Shown here in pieces: positions 24,438 to 32,784 of a stretch of 38,781 nucleotides of DNA; the stretch's first letter is position 1; the number at the start of each line of letters is the position of its first letter. The stretch spans positions 1 through 38,781 of the forward strand of contig JANOCJ010000103.1 of the NCBI GenBank assembly GCA_031412115.1, written 5' to 3'. The position numbers were made by a program, and so were the translations under genes. The notes beneath the pieces were generated by a model. That model did no database searches and was not told the origin of the DNA. It was given only the letters and a program-made list of their open reading frames with translations. This DNA is from Flavobacteriales bacterium. GTDB taxonomy: Bacteria > Bacteroidota > Bacteroidia > CAMBQF01.

Positions 24438-27400
24438 ATGAAACTACTAAAACTAGCATTGCTTTTACTTGCAGTTAATGCAAGTGCCCAGCACACTCCT
24501 ATTACCTCCAATACACAAAATCAATCAACTACAAGTTCTTACCAAGCATTACCTCCCGGTTGTGCTACAGATGTGCTGCACGGTATTCAAATGCAAAATA
24601 CGCCGGGATATGCCCAACGAACGCAGCAAATGAATAATGCTATTTTAAACTTTGCACAGCAAAATAGAGGCGGCGGTACACTAATTATTCCGGTTGTAAT
24701 ACATATTATACACAACAACGGGCCCGAGAATATTAGTAATGCGCAAGTAATACAAGGGATAAGCGACCTTAACATGGCCTTTGGAAACAGCCAACCCTTA
24801 ATACAATTTTGCTTAGCCAAGCAAGACCCTAACGGCAACTTTACTACAGGCATTACCCGTACTGTTTCTACCCTTACCAACATGGTATCTGAAACGCAGG
24901 ACCTGGAGTTGAAAGACCTTGTACGTTGGGATCCTACGCGCTACCTTAATATATGGTTGGTTAAAGAAATTAACTCATTATCTATGGGTTCAGGTATTGC
25001 AGGATATGCTTACTTTCCCTCGGCCCATGGCACGGCAATAGATGGTATTGTAAACGAGGCCGGTTTTTTTGGTGGCACACAATTGGGCCCAAATACTTAT
25101 GATAATTCTAAAATACATGTGCACGAAGTAGGCCATTACCTTGGCCTATACCATACATTTGAAGGCGGCTGCGGCAATAATAATTGCCAGATAGATGGCG
25201 ACCGGGTGTGTGACACCCCTCCTGATAACTCTACCGCGGCAGTATCATGTTTTCAATCTACCGCTAATACTTGCGACACAGACGATGATGACCTATCGGC
25301 CAACAACCCCTTTAGGCCCATTGCCAATGGTGGCCTTGGCGACCAAGACGATATGATTGCGAACTATATGGACTACGGATACCAGGTATGCCAATTCATG
25401 TTTACCCCACAACAAAACGACCGTATGAATGCGGCGCTTTTAACAAGTCGCGCCAGTTTGTTGCAATCGCAGGGCTGCAATGATGCATGCTTAACACCGC
25501 TAAATGCGCAATTTATAGCCAGCGATACTACTATATATTTGGGTGGGCAGGTAACGTTTACTATCCCAAATCCTAACGCTACTTATACATGGTATGTAAA
25601 TGGCGTAGCCTCAGGCTCGGGTGCTACATTTATATATAATAACAGCCCCACAGGGCCGGTGGGTAACTATGTAATAAGCGTTACGGCAAGCAATGGTGAT
25701 GCAGCGTGTGAAACATCAAGCAGCTTTACTGTAAATGTAAATTGCCAGGCAAAAGCTTTGTACACAGTTACTTCACCATCGCCTTATAATGTGGGCGAAA
25801 CTGTTACTACGGTTAATATTTCAACTTCGGCTACAAGTTATGTGTGGGTATTAGATGATATTGTGCAAAGCACAAACACCAATTTTAGCAACCAGTTTAA
25901 TGCCCCCGGAGGACACAACCTCTTTTTAATAGCTTATACCAGCAACTGTGCCGACACATCGGCTACAACCTTTTTTACTGTTGGCAACTGCAACATTTCG
26001 GGCATGAACCAAAACTGGGTTTTTACCAATATATCACTCAACTTTAACAACGGCAATGGTGAGCCTACTGTAGGCCAAAGCCCATTAAATATTGTCGGGC
26101 AGGAGAGTACCACTACCATATCTGACCCTAATGGCAACTTGTTATTCTTTTCAGACGGGATGAGCGTTTGGAACCGTAACCAACAAGTAATGCCAAATGG
26201 CTCTGGGCTTTTGGGTAATTTATCAAGTACCCAATCGTGTTTGGCAACCCCATTCCCCGGCAACCCTAACTTATATTATTTATTTACTGCAGATGCTTTA
26301 GAAAATAACCTGGATAATGGCATTAGGTACAACATAATAGATATGACGTTGAATAACGGTTTGGGCGATATCGTTTCAGGTTCAAAAAACATTTTGGTGC
26401 GAGATGATGTTGGCGAAATGCTAACCGGAACTTTCCATACCAATGGGCGTGATATTTGGATACTAATGGCCAAAAGCAACAGCAACCATTTTTATGCGTA
26501 TTTGCTAACCGACCAAGGCATAAGTACCAACCCCGTTACTTCATCTCAAATAGGGCAAAATACCAGCCTCGGCCTGGGGCCAATGAAATTTTCGGCAGAC
26601 GGCAATATGATAGCATCGACTATGTTGAGAGACTGGCCTTGGAGCATTGTATTGGCAAACTTTAACCGCACTACCGGCGAGTTGACCAACGGACGTGATA
26701 TTTGGTTGAGTAGTGTGGTAAATAACCAGCCGCACAGCTTCGAGTTTTCACCCGATAATTCTAAGCTGTATGTAAACCTTTGGCAACCAAATGAGATATG
26801 GCAGTATGACCTTTCTGCAGGCAACATTAATGCTATAACTGCTTCTAAAACAGTAGTGGGGCCATATCCTACAGGTACTTCATATGGTCAAATGGCACGT
26901 GGCAATAATGGTAAAATATACATGACTTCTGTCTCAAGTGTCATGGTTGATTATATTGCAAATCCTAATGCTGCAGGGCTTGCCTGCAATTATACTACGG
27001 GCACAATTAACGCCTATATTTCAGGATTGATGTCGTTTTCCATCCCTAATATGATACAGGGCCTGGGCCAGCCGTATATCCCCTCTATAGCCGGTAAAAC
27101 TGCTATTTGCCCTGGCGAAACAACTACTTACAATGTTCCTTATTTAATATCAAACCAAACCGTAACTTGGAGTTATACCGGCAGCGGCACACTTACCAAC
27201 AACACAAACAACACAGCAACATTAACCAACGTTACCGGCACAGGCCAACTTCGGGTTACAGTAACCGGCGATTGCGGAATAACGCGCGACACTATTCAAA
27301 TAACGGCTGTGCCTGCTATCCATCCTTTTATTGGTAACGATACGTTGGTTTGTGGCGAGTTGCACCTAACAACCCAAATACCATTTGACCATTATACGTG

Positions 27401-28202
27401 GAATACCGGCAGCATAGGCACATCTATAGTGGCTACGCCACCGGGTACGTATTGGATTGAGACGATAGACACTAACGGTTGCCGCAGCCACGATAGTATT
27501 GTATTAAACACAACAACATCTGTACCGGTTGATTTAGGTATAGGCGCGGTTATATGCAATGGGCAAAGTGTGCAACTATCTGCCGGGCCAGGTTACCAAA
27601 GCTATCAGTGGCAGGATGGGTCGGCCGACAGCACATTTACCGCCACAACACCGGGCACGTATTGGGTTAGGGTATCTGACGGATGCAGTTTTGCAACAGA
27701 TAGTGTTGATATTACAGCTGGAACAGTTTCCTTCAACCTAAACTACAATGGCGATACGGTAGCGTGTAAAAATGCTTTGCCGTTTACCTTAAATGCGCCA
27801 TCAGGCTATGCCCAGTATTTTTGGCAAAATGGTAATGGCTCAACCAGCTTATTGGTTTCAAGCGTTGGCACGTATTGGGTAAGGGTAACAGATGGTAATG
27901 GCTGTACAGGCATTGATACCTTTAGGGTAATTGATTGTGTTTCGATAGATGAAATTGCTGCTTCGCCGCTAAAATTTTTCCCCAACCCGGTTGATAATGT
28001 ATTGCAACTGCAATATAATGGCACCAAACCGGCTGTAATAAGCATACTAAATGCCGCCGGGCAATTGGTGTTGAATGAGCAGGTAAACACATCATCTATA
28101 CTAAACACATCAGCCTTGGCAAACGGCTTATATATGGTTGAAATTAGCAGCGGAGGTAATGTTTGGCGACAAAAATTATTGGTGTTGCACACCGATTTTT
28201 AA
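24438..28202 (+). CDS. multidomain secreted zinc metalloprotease (M43 pappalysin/cytophagalysin-like) with a T9SS C-terminal sorting domain
   Basis: Start moved to ATG 24438 (MKLLKLALLLLAVNASAQ). HEVGHYLGLYHTF matches the HExxHxxGxxH zinc site, with a downstream NYMDY Met-turn region. PKD-like repeats and a beta-propeller-like middle region (SFEFSPDNSKLYV) follow. Then come three ~60-aa Cys-containing repeats (GTYWIETIDTNGC, GTYWVRVSDGC, GTYWVRVTDGNGC). The CTD is FFPNPVDNVLQL...NGLYMVEI. Confidence 0.9.
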   Translation: MKLLKLALLLLAVNASAQHTPITSNTQNQSTTSSYQALPPGCATDVLHGIQMQNTPGYAQRTQQMNNAILNFAQQNRGGGTLIIPVVIHIIHNNGPENISNAQVIQGISDLNMAFGNSQPLIQFCLAKQDPNGNFTTGITRTVSTLTNMVSETQDLELKDLVRWDPTRYLNIWLVKEINSLSMGSGIAGYAYFPSAHGTAIDGIVNEAGFFGGTQLGPNTYDNSKIHVHEVGHYLGLYHTFEGGCGNNNCQIDGDRVCDTPPDNSTAAVSCFQSTANTCDTDDDDLSANNPFRPIANGGLGDQDDMIANYMDYGYQVCQFMFTPQQNDRMNAALLTSRASLLQSQGCNDACLTPLNAQFIASDTTIYLGGQVTFTIPNPNATYTWYVNGVASGSGATFIYNNSPTGPVGNYVISVTASNGDAACETSSSFTVNVNCQAKALYTVTSPSPYNVGETVTTVNISTSATSYVWVLDDIVQSTNTNFSNQFNAPGGHNLFLIAYTSNCADTSATTFFTVGNCNISGMNQNWVFTNISLNFNNGNGEPTVGQSPLNIVGQESTTTISDPNGNLLFFSDGMSVWNRNQQVMPNGSGLLGNLSSTQSCLATPFPGNPNLYYLFTADALENNLDNGIRYNIIDMTLNNGLGDIVSGSKNILVRDDVGEMLTGTFHTNGRDIWILMAKSNSNHFYAYLLTDQGISTNPVTSSQIGQNTSLGLGPMKFSADGNMIASTMLRDWPWSIVLANFNRTTGELTNGRDIWLSSVVNNQPHSFEFSPDNSKLYVNLWQPNEIWQYDLSAGNINAITASKTVVGPYPTGTSYGQMARGNNGKIYMTSVSSVMVDYIANPNAAGLACNYTTGTINAYISGLMSFSIPNMIQGLGQPYIPSIAGKTAICPGETTTYNVPYLISNQTVTWSYTGSGTLTNNTNNTATLTNVTGTGQLRVTVTGDCGITRDTIQITAVPAIHPFIGNDTLVCGELHLTTQIPFDHYTWNTGSIGTSIVATPPGTYWIETIDTNGCRSHDSIVLNTTTSVPVDLGIGAVICNGQSVQLSAGPGYQSYQWQDGSADSTFTATTPGTYWVRVSDGCSFATDSVDITAGTVSFNLNYNGDTVACKNALPFTLNAPSGYAQYFWQNGNGSTSLLVSSVGTYWVRVTDGNGCTGIDTFRVIDCVSIDEIAASPLKFFPNPVDNVLQLQYNGTKPAVISILNAAGQLVLNEQVNTSSILNTSALANGLYMVEISSGGNVWRQKLLVLHTDF

Positions 28203-28249
28203 AACTAATTGCAACCTTTGTTGTCTGATATCTCTTTAAATAGATAATT

Positions 28250-28489
28250 ATGAAAATACCGGCAATAAAAAAAGCAGTAGAAAATTATACAGTAGAACAA
28301 CTGCAAGCAGCCGAGGCGGCCCTGTTGGAAGAGCAGCCTCTGCCCATTGAAATAGATGGTGCCGACGAAGGTGAACGGCTTACCCATATTTTAGCCGCCA
28401 TTTTTGTAAAACAAGAAATGGACAAAGGCAACGATTTAATGACGGCTGTACGTGCCTATTCGCAACGAGTTAGAAACAGTATATCGTAA
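28250..28489 (+). CDS. small hypothetical protein (79 aa, helical, acidic)
   Basis: Clean ATG ORF with no signal peptide. Its stop lies 2 nt before the next ATG. I recognise no motif. Confidence 0.6.
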   Translation: MKIPAIKKAVENYTVEQLQAAEAALLEEQPLPIEIDGADEGERLTHILAAIFVKQEMDKGNDLMTAVRAYSQRVRNSIS

Positions 28490-28491
28490 AT

Positions 28492-29187
28492 ATGCGCAAA
28501 ACGGTTGCCCTGTTTTTATTGGTATGTATTTTGGCGGCTTGTAGCGGCATTAATGATGCTGCACTGGAAAAAACCATTGCCCAAAAGGTAAATGCCGAAG
28601 CCTGTACAATAACCCAACGCGAGGATATTAATAATAGCAAGCCTAAAAGCTTATTGGTTGAAATTACCCGGCCACAGCCCGATAGTTTTGATTTGGATTT
28701 TGAAATAATAGCATCGCGCATTGCGCTTTATATTGCCGATAGTACAGAGGGGGATACTTACAAAGATTTTAAGGAGATAAATGTGCGGTATTATTTAAAA
28801 GATGATACAGCAGAATATACCATAAATACTGCGGATATACATAATGCCGAAAAGTATATTAGTAGGGCTGCACAATTTGCAAAAGCCTTTGCAAGCCTTG
28901 ATACTGTTGCTGCCGACCAACTGATAAACTACAGCTACATTGCACAGGATGAAATGGAATTCTCTATGGAAACGCCCAGCTTGCAACGCGATACTTTTGG
29001 CAATGTTACTTCGGTTAAATTTTTAGGGTTTATGGCTGCTTTTGTTCAACGGAATACCACACCTGCATACGAAGTGCGTTTTGCCATTTCTCGCAAAAAC
29101 AGGGTTACAGAGGCCTTTCAGGTATTGATTGATAAGCGCGATACACTGGTAGTAGGCTATAGCTGGCAATTGCAGTTCAAAAAGTAA
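28492..29187 (+). CDS. hypothetical lipoprotein
   Basis: MRKTVALFLLVCILAACSG has a lipobox-like Cys. No catalytic motif recognised. Confidence 0.7.
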   Translation: MRKTVALFLLVCILAACSGINDAALEKTIAQKVNAEACTITQREDINNSKPKSLLVEITRPQPDSFDLDFEIIASRIALYIADSTEGDTYKDFKEINVRYYLKDDTAEYTINTADIHNAEKYISRAAQFAKAFASLDTVAADQLINYSYIAQDEMEFSMETPSLQRDTFGNVTSVKFLGFMAAFVQRNTTPAYEVRFAISRKNRVTEAFQVLIDKRDTLVVGYSWQLQFKK

Positions 29188-29272
29188 AATCCCATTCGTC
29201 AAAGACTCATTAAATTAATGTTAAGCCAAGTTTAAGTAATTGATTGCAGGCTTACAACCATAAGCATTTAAC

Positions 29273-29280
29273 TAATTTTG
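29273..29280 (+). promoter_or_regulatory. candidate -7 promoter box (TAATTTTG)
   Basis: TAnnTTTG match 23 nt upstream of ATG 29303. Confidence 0.45.
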
Positions 29281-29302
29281 CCTTAGTTAAATATTCTTAT
29301 TG

Positions 29303-30739
29303 ATGTTTGGATTAGACACATGGCTTACAGTATTACTAATAGCCTGTATTTTATGCGCATGTGCGTTCGAGTTTATTAACGGTTTTCACGATACCGCCAA
29401 CGCTGTAGCTACCGTAATTTATACCAATTCACTTAAGCCTTCGGTGGCTGTTGTTTTATCGGCAATTTTCAATTCTATTGGCGTATTTACCGGCGGCATA
29501 GCTGTTGCTATGGGCATTGTAAACCTATTACCCATAGAGGCGCTGGTAGACCAAAATATGTGGCATAGCATGAGTATGGTGCTGGCCTTGCTTATTACCG
29601 CCATTGCCTGGAACTTAGGTACCTGGTACTTTGGCATCCCCTGTTCAAGTTCGCATACACTTATCGGTTCTATAATTGGCGTAGGCCTTTCATACAGTTA
29701 CCTGCAAGGCAGCTTTGGTGCAGGTATTAACTGGGCCAAGGCCGAAGATGTGGGCATGTCGCTATTACTATCTCCCGCTATAGGTTTTTTTATGGCAGTG
29801 GTAATGATGCTTCTGCTAAAATATTTGGTTAAAAATCCTAAGATTTTCAAAGAACACGAACCGGGTAAAAAACCACCCGCTTGGATACGTAGTATCTTAA
29901 TTGTTACCTCGGCAGGCGTTAGCTGGGCTCACGGCTCAAACGACGGACAAAAAGGCGTAGGCCTTGTTATGTTGGTATTGATTGGTATTGTACCTGCTTA
30001 CTTTGCAATAGACCATAACATTCAAGCAAAAGAAATGCTACAGCCTATTACCCAAATAGAACAGGTAGTTAGCAGCATTAAACTAGATGAACTTGCCGGC
30101 GAAGACCGCAAAAAAATTACCAAAGCAGCCGAAGAGTTAGACAACCTTAAATTGCTGGTAAGTGGTGCGGGTGCCAACATTCCTAAAGAGAAAGCATTTG
30201 AGGTGCGTAAAGACATCCTCCTTATAAGCAGCAATATTGAAAAGGTACTAAAAGCAGGCCACCTTAAATTAAATGAGGCTGATACTAAAAAATTGACCAA
30301 AGCTATTAATGGCGAAGAAGGCAGTTTCTTTATTGCTAACGATAGGGTAGTGGGCTTAAAATCATACACCAACTATTCTCCTGCCTGGGTTATCCTTATG
30401 ATATCGTTAGCGCTTGGCCTTGGTACCATGGTAGGCTGGAAACGTATTGTAATAACCATTGGCGAAAAAATTGGCAACTCAAACATGAGCTATGCCCAAG
30501 GCGCATCTGCACAGTTAGTGGCCGCATCTACCATAGCCCTTTCTACCTATGCAGGCTTGCCGGTAAGCACAACACAGGTGTTAACAGGTGGTATAGCAGG
30601 TACAATGGTATCGCAGGGTGGTATTAAAAACCTGCAAGGCGGTACGCTTAAAAATATTGCCATAGCATGGCTACTTACACTACCTGTTACCGTTGTGCTA
30701 TCAGCAGCGCTGTTTCTGTTGTTTAGGGCGATAGGCTAG
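29303..30739 (+). CDS. pit: inorganic phosphate transporter, PiT family
   Basis: GFHDTANAVAT and HGSNDGQKG are the two PiT signature repeats. Polytopic, with a long hydrophilic central loop. Start moved from TTG 29300 to ATG 29303. Confidence 0.92.
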   Translation: MFGLDTWLTVLLIACILCACAFEFINGFHDTANAVATVIYTNSLKPSVAVVLSAIFNSIGVFTGGIAVAMGIVNLLPIEALVDQNMWHSMSMVLALLITAIAWNLGTWYFGIPCSSSHTLIGSIIGVGLSYSYLQGSFGAGINWAKAEDVGMSLLLSPAIGFFMAVVMMLLLKYLVKNPKIFKEHEPGKKPPAWIRSILIVTSAGVSWAHGSNDGQKGVGLVMLVLIGIVPAYFAIDHNIQAKEMLQPITQIEQVVSSIKLDELAGEDRKKITKAAEELDNLKLLVSGAGANIPKEKAFEVRKDILLISSNIEKVLKAGHLKLNEADTKKLTKAINGEEGSFFIANDRVVGLKSYTNYSPAWVILMISLALGLGTMVGWKRIVITIGEKIGNSNMSYAQGASAQLVAASTIALSTYAGLPVSTTQVLTGGIAGTMVSQGGIKNLQGGTLKNIAIAWLLTLPVTVVLSAALFLLFRAIG

Positions 30740-30740
30740 C

Positions 30741-30775
30741 TAGTTTGCGGTTCGTTGTCAGTGGTTGATAGTTTA
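30741..30775 (+). repeat. 7-nt-periodic GTT-phased tract (left arm)
   Basis: tagtttg cggttcg ttgtcag tggttga tagttta. It begins 2 nt after the pit stop. Confidence 0.7.
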
Positions 30776-30805
30776 GCTACCAAAATATTCAGGCATATAT
30801 TCAAT

Positions 30806-30838
30806 AAAAAAGCCCCGTGCATTGCATGGGGCTTTTTG
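30806..30838. terminator. bidirectional rho-independent terminator between convergent pit and yebC
   Basis: aaaaa agccccgtgca t tgcatggggct ttttt is a GC-rich palindromic stem with an A-run on one side and a T-run on the other. Confidence 0.8.
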
Positions 30839-30854
30839 CTATTATCATAATTAC

Positions 30855-30889
30855 TGTCAACTGCGAACTGCCAACTACGAACTATTTCA
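30855..30889 (-). repeat. 7-nt-periodic tract (right arm, inverted relative to 30741..30775)
   Basis: The plus strand reads tgtcaac tgcgaac tgccaac tacgaac tatttca. Its reverse complement is GTT-phased and matches the left arm at 17 of 26 positions in my best hand alignment. It overlaps the yebC stop codon. Confidence 0.7.
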
Positions 30890-31589
30890 GATTATGAAAA
30901 ACGTTTAATACGTCATCATCGGCTTCTATTTTCTCTACCAACTCCAATACCTCTTCTTCTTGCTCTTCGGTAAGGTCGGTATAGGTATTCGGTACACGTT
31001 GCAGCTCGGCGCTTATGGCTTCAATTTTACGCTCCTCCAAGGCTTTTTGCATATGGTGAAATTCGGTAAAATCAGTATAAATATAAATGAACCCTTCGTC
31101 CTCTTCAATCGATTCTAAACCAAAGTCAATCAACTCCAATTCCAGGTCGTCAATGTTTTTGCCTTCGCCATTTATTTTAAAAACACCCTTGCGGCTAAAT
31201 ACAAAGCTTAATGAGCCTGATGTGCCCAAAGTGCCGTTGTTGCGGTTAAAATACATACGTATGTTGGCAACGGTACGCGTAGGGTTGTCAGACGCACATT
31301 CTATAAATATAGGCACACCGTGTGGGCCGTACCCTTCGTATGTTAATTCTTCAAAACCCTTTTCATCTTTACCGGCGGCCTTTTTAATAGCGGCATCAAT
31401 ACGGTCTTTAGGCATGTTAAGGCCCTTAGCGTTTTGAATAGCCACACGCAAACGCGGGTTAAATTCAGGGTCGGCAGTGCCGTTTTTTACAGCCAGCGCA
31501 ATCTCGCGACCTGCGCGGGTAAAGCCTTTGGCCATTTTGTCATAGCGGGCAAACATTTTATGCTTGCGTTTCTCAAATCCACGTCCCAT
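30882..31589 (-). CDS. yebC: YebC/PmpR family DNA-binding transcriptional regulator
   Basis: 235 aa. N-terminal MGRGFEKRKHKMFARYDKMAKGFTR...NPRLRVAIQNAKGLNMPKDRIDAAIKKA is typical of the family. Confidence 0.92.
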   Translation of the reverse strand: MGRGFEKRKHKMFARYDKMAKGFTRAGREIALAVKNGTADPEFNPRLRVAIQNAKGLNMPKDRIDAAIKKAAGKDEKGFEELTYEGYGPHGVPIFIECASDNPTRTVANIRMYFNRNNGTLGTSGSLSFVFSRKGVFKINGEGKNIDDLELELIDFGLESIEEDEGFIYIYTDFTEFHHMQKALEERKIEAISAELQRVPNTYTDLTEEQEEEVLELVEKIEADDDVLNVFHNLK

Positions 31590-31612
31590 AGTTAATTTCT
31601 TTAAAGCGGTTG

Positions 31613-31620
31613 CAAAAATA
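31613..31620 (-). promoter_or_regulatory. candidate -7 promoter box for yebC (TATTTTTG on the minus strand)
   Basis: TAnnTTTG match 24 nt upstream of the ATG. Confidence 0.45.
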
Positions 31621-31638
31621 GTTAAAAGCGTAATACTA

Positions 31639-32745
31639 CTACTTTACAGGTGAAATATATCCCCATTTGCCGTTTACGCGCACCGGTATAAGGCCCTCGT
31701 TGTATTGCTTGGCATCTTCCAAAGGTTCGCCGGCCAGCTCTTTTCCATTCTTATCAATTATAACAATACCCAAGCGGCCTTTAGCGGCAGCGTAGCCATT
31801 TTTAAAAGGCATAGTGCCTGCGTATTCCGACTCAAAAGGCACTTCGCCTTTCATATTCAGGTAGGTATAATAGTGCCCGTCCGATGCTACAATCATCCCA
31901 TCGCTAAACTTGCCGCTAACCCACCAACCGGGCTTTAGCTGAAAAAGCAGTTCGCCTTTTGGGTTGTAATACGTAGCTACGCTACTGCCTTTGGCATCGT
32001 TTTCATACACCTCTATTACCCCTTGGCGAAACTCGGTTTGTATCTCAAATTTATAGGGTATAACCAGCTTGCCTGTTTTATCTATAAACCCCCATTTGTC
32101 GCCCTTTTGTACGCAGGCCAACCCTTCCGAAAATTTACCTGCTTCAGCATATTCAGCGGGTATTACCAACTTCCCTTTGGTATTTATATAACCCCATTTG
32201 CCATTAACTAAAACAGGGCAAAGGCCTTCGGCAAATACACCTACCTCTTTATAGTTAAGCGGAACAACAACCTCACCTTTGGTATTGTAAAAACCATATT
32301 TCAGGTCTTTAAAAAAGTACGTCATGCCGCTGTTAAAAGGCAATAGGTTGGCAAATGCAACCGGCACCACTTCTTTGCCGTACGCATTAATAAAGCCATA
32401 TTCGCCTTTAAAAACCTTGGCGCAGCTATCGCTTACCGGGTAAATTTTTTCGTAATCTTTTTCGCACAATACTTTGCCGTTAATATCAATAATGCCCACT
32501 TTGTCGCCGCGCTTAAATGATGTTACCTTTTCAGTAAAAGGGTTCAGTTCAGTAAACTCAAAAGGGATAACCTCTTTGCCCGAAGTGTTGATAGCACCAT
32601 ATTTTCCGCCCTTTTTAACAACCGCCAAGCCGTTGCTAAATTCGCCCGCATCTTCATAAATATTCTCTACCACCCAGGTATAGCTTGTTTGCGCAGCCAG
32701 GGTGTAGCTGATAAGTAGCGAGGATAAGAATGCAATTATTTTCAT
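31639..32745 (-). CDS. WG-repeat (KWG-type beta-repeat) secreted protein
   Basis: Start moved to ATG 32745 (MKIIAFLSSLLISYTLAAQ). Roughly ten repeats of the form GKWGYINxxGKxVIPxxY. Confidence 0.85.
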   Translation of the reverse strand: MKIIAFLSSLLISYTLAAQTSYTWVVENIYEDAGEFSNGLAVVKKGGKYGAINTSGKEVIPFEFTELNPFTEKVTSFKRGDKVGIIDINGKVLCEKDYEKIYPVSDSCAKVFKGEYGFINAYGKEVVPVAFANLLPFNSGMTYFFKDLKYGFYNTKGEVVVPLNYKEVGVFAEGLCPVLVNGKWGYINTKGKLVIPAEYAEAGKFSEGLACVQKGDKWGFIDKTGKLVIPYKFEIQTEFRQGVIEVYENDAKGSSVATYYNPKGELLFQLKPGWWVSGKFSDGMIVASDGHYYTYLNMKGEVPFESEYAGTMPFKNGYAAAKGRLGIVIIDKNGKELAGEPLEDAKQYNEGLIPVRVNGKWGYISPVK

Positions 32746-32784
32746 GTTTATTAGATTAATGGCTAATTTTCGTGCCTTAAAACT

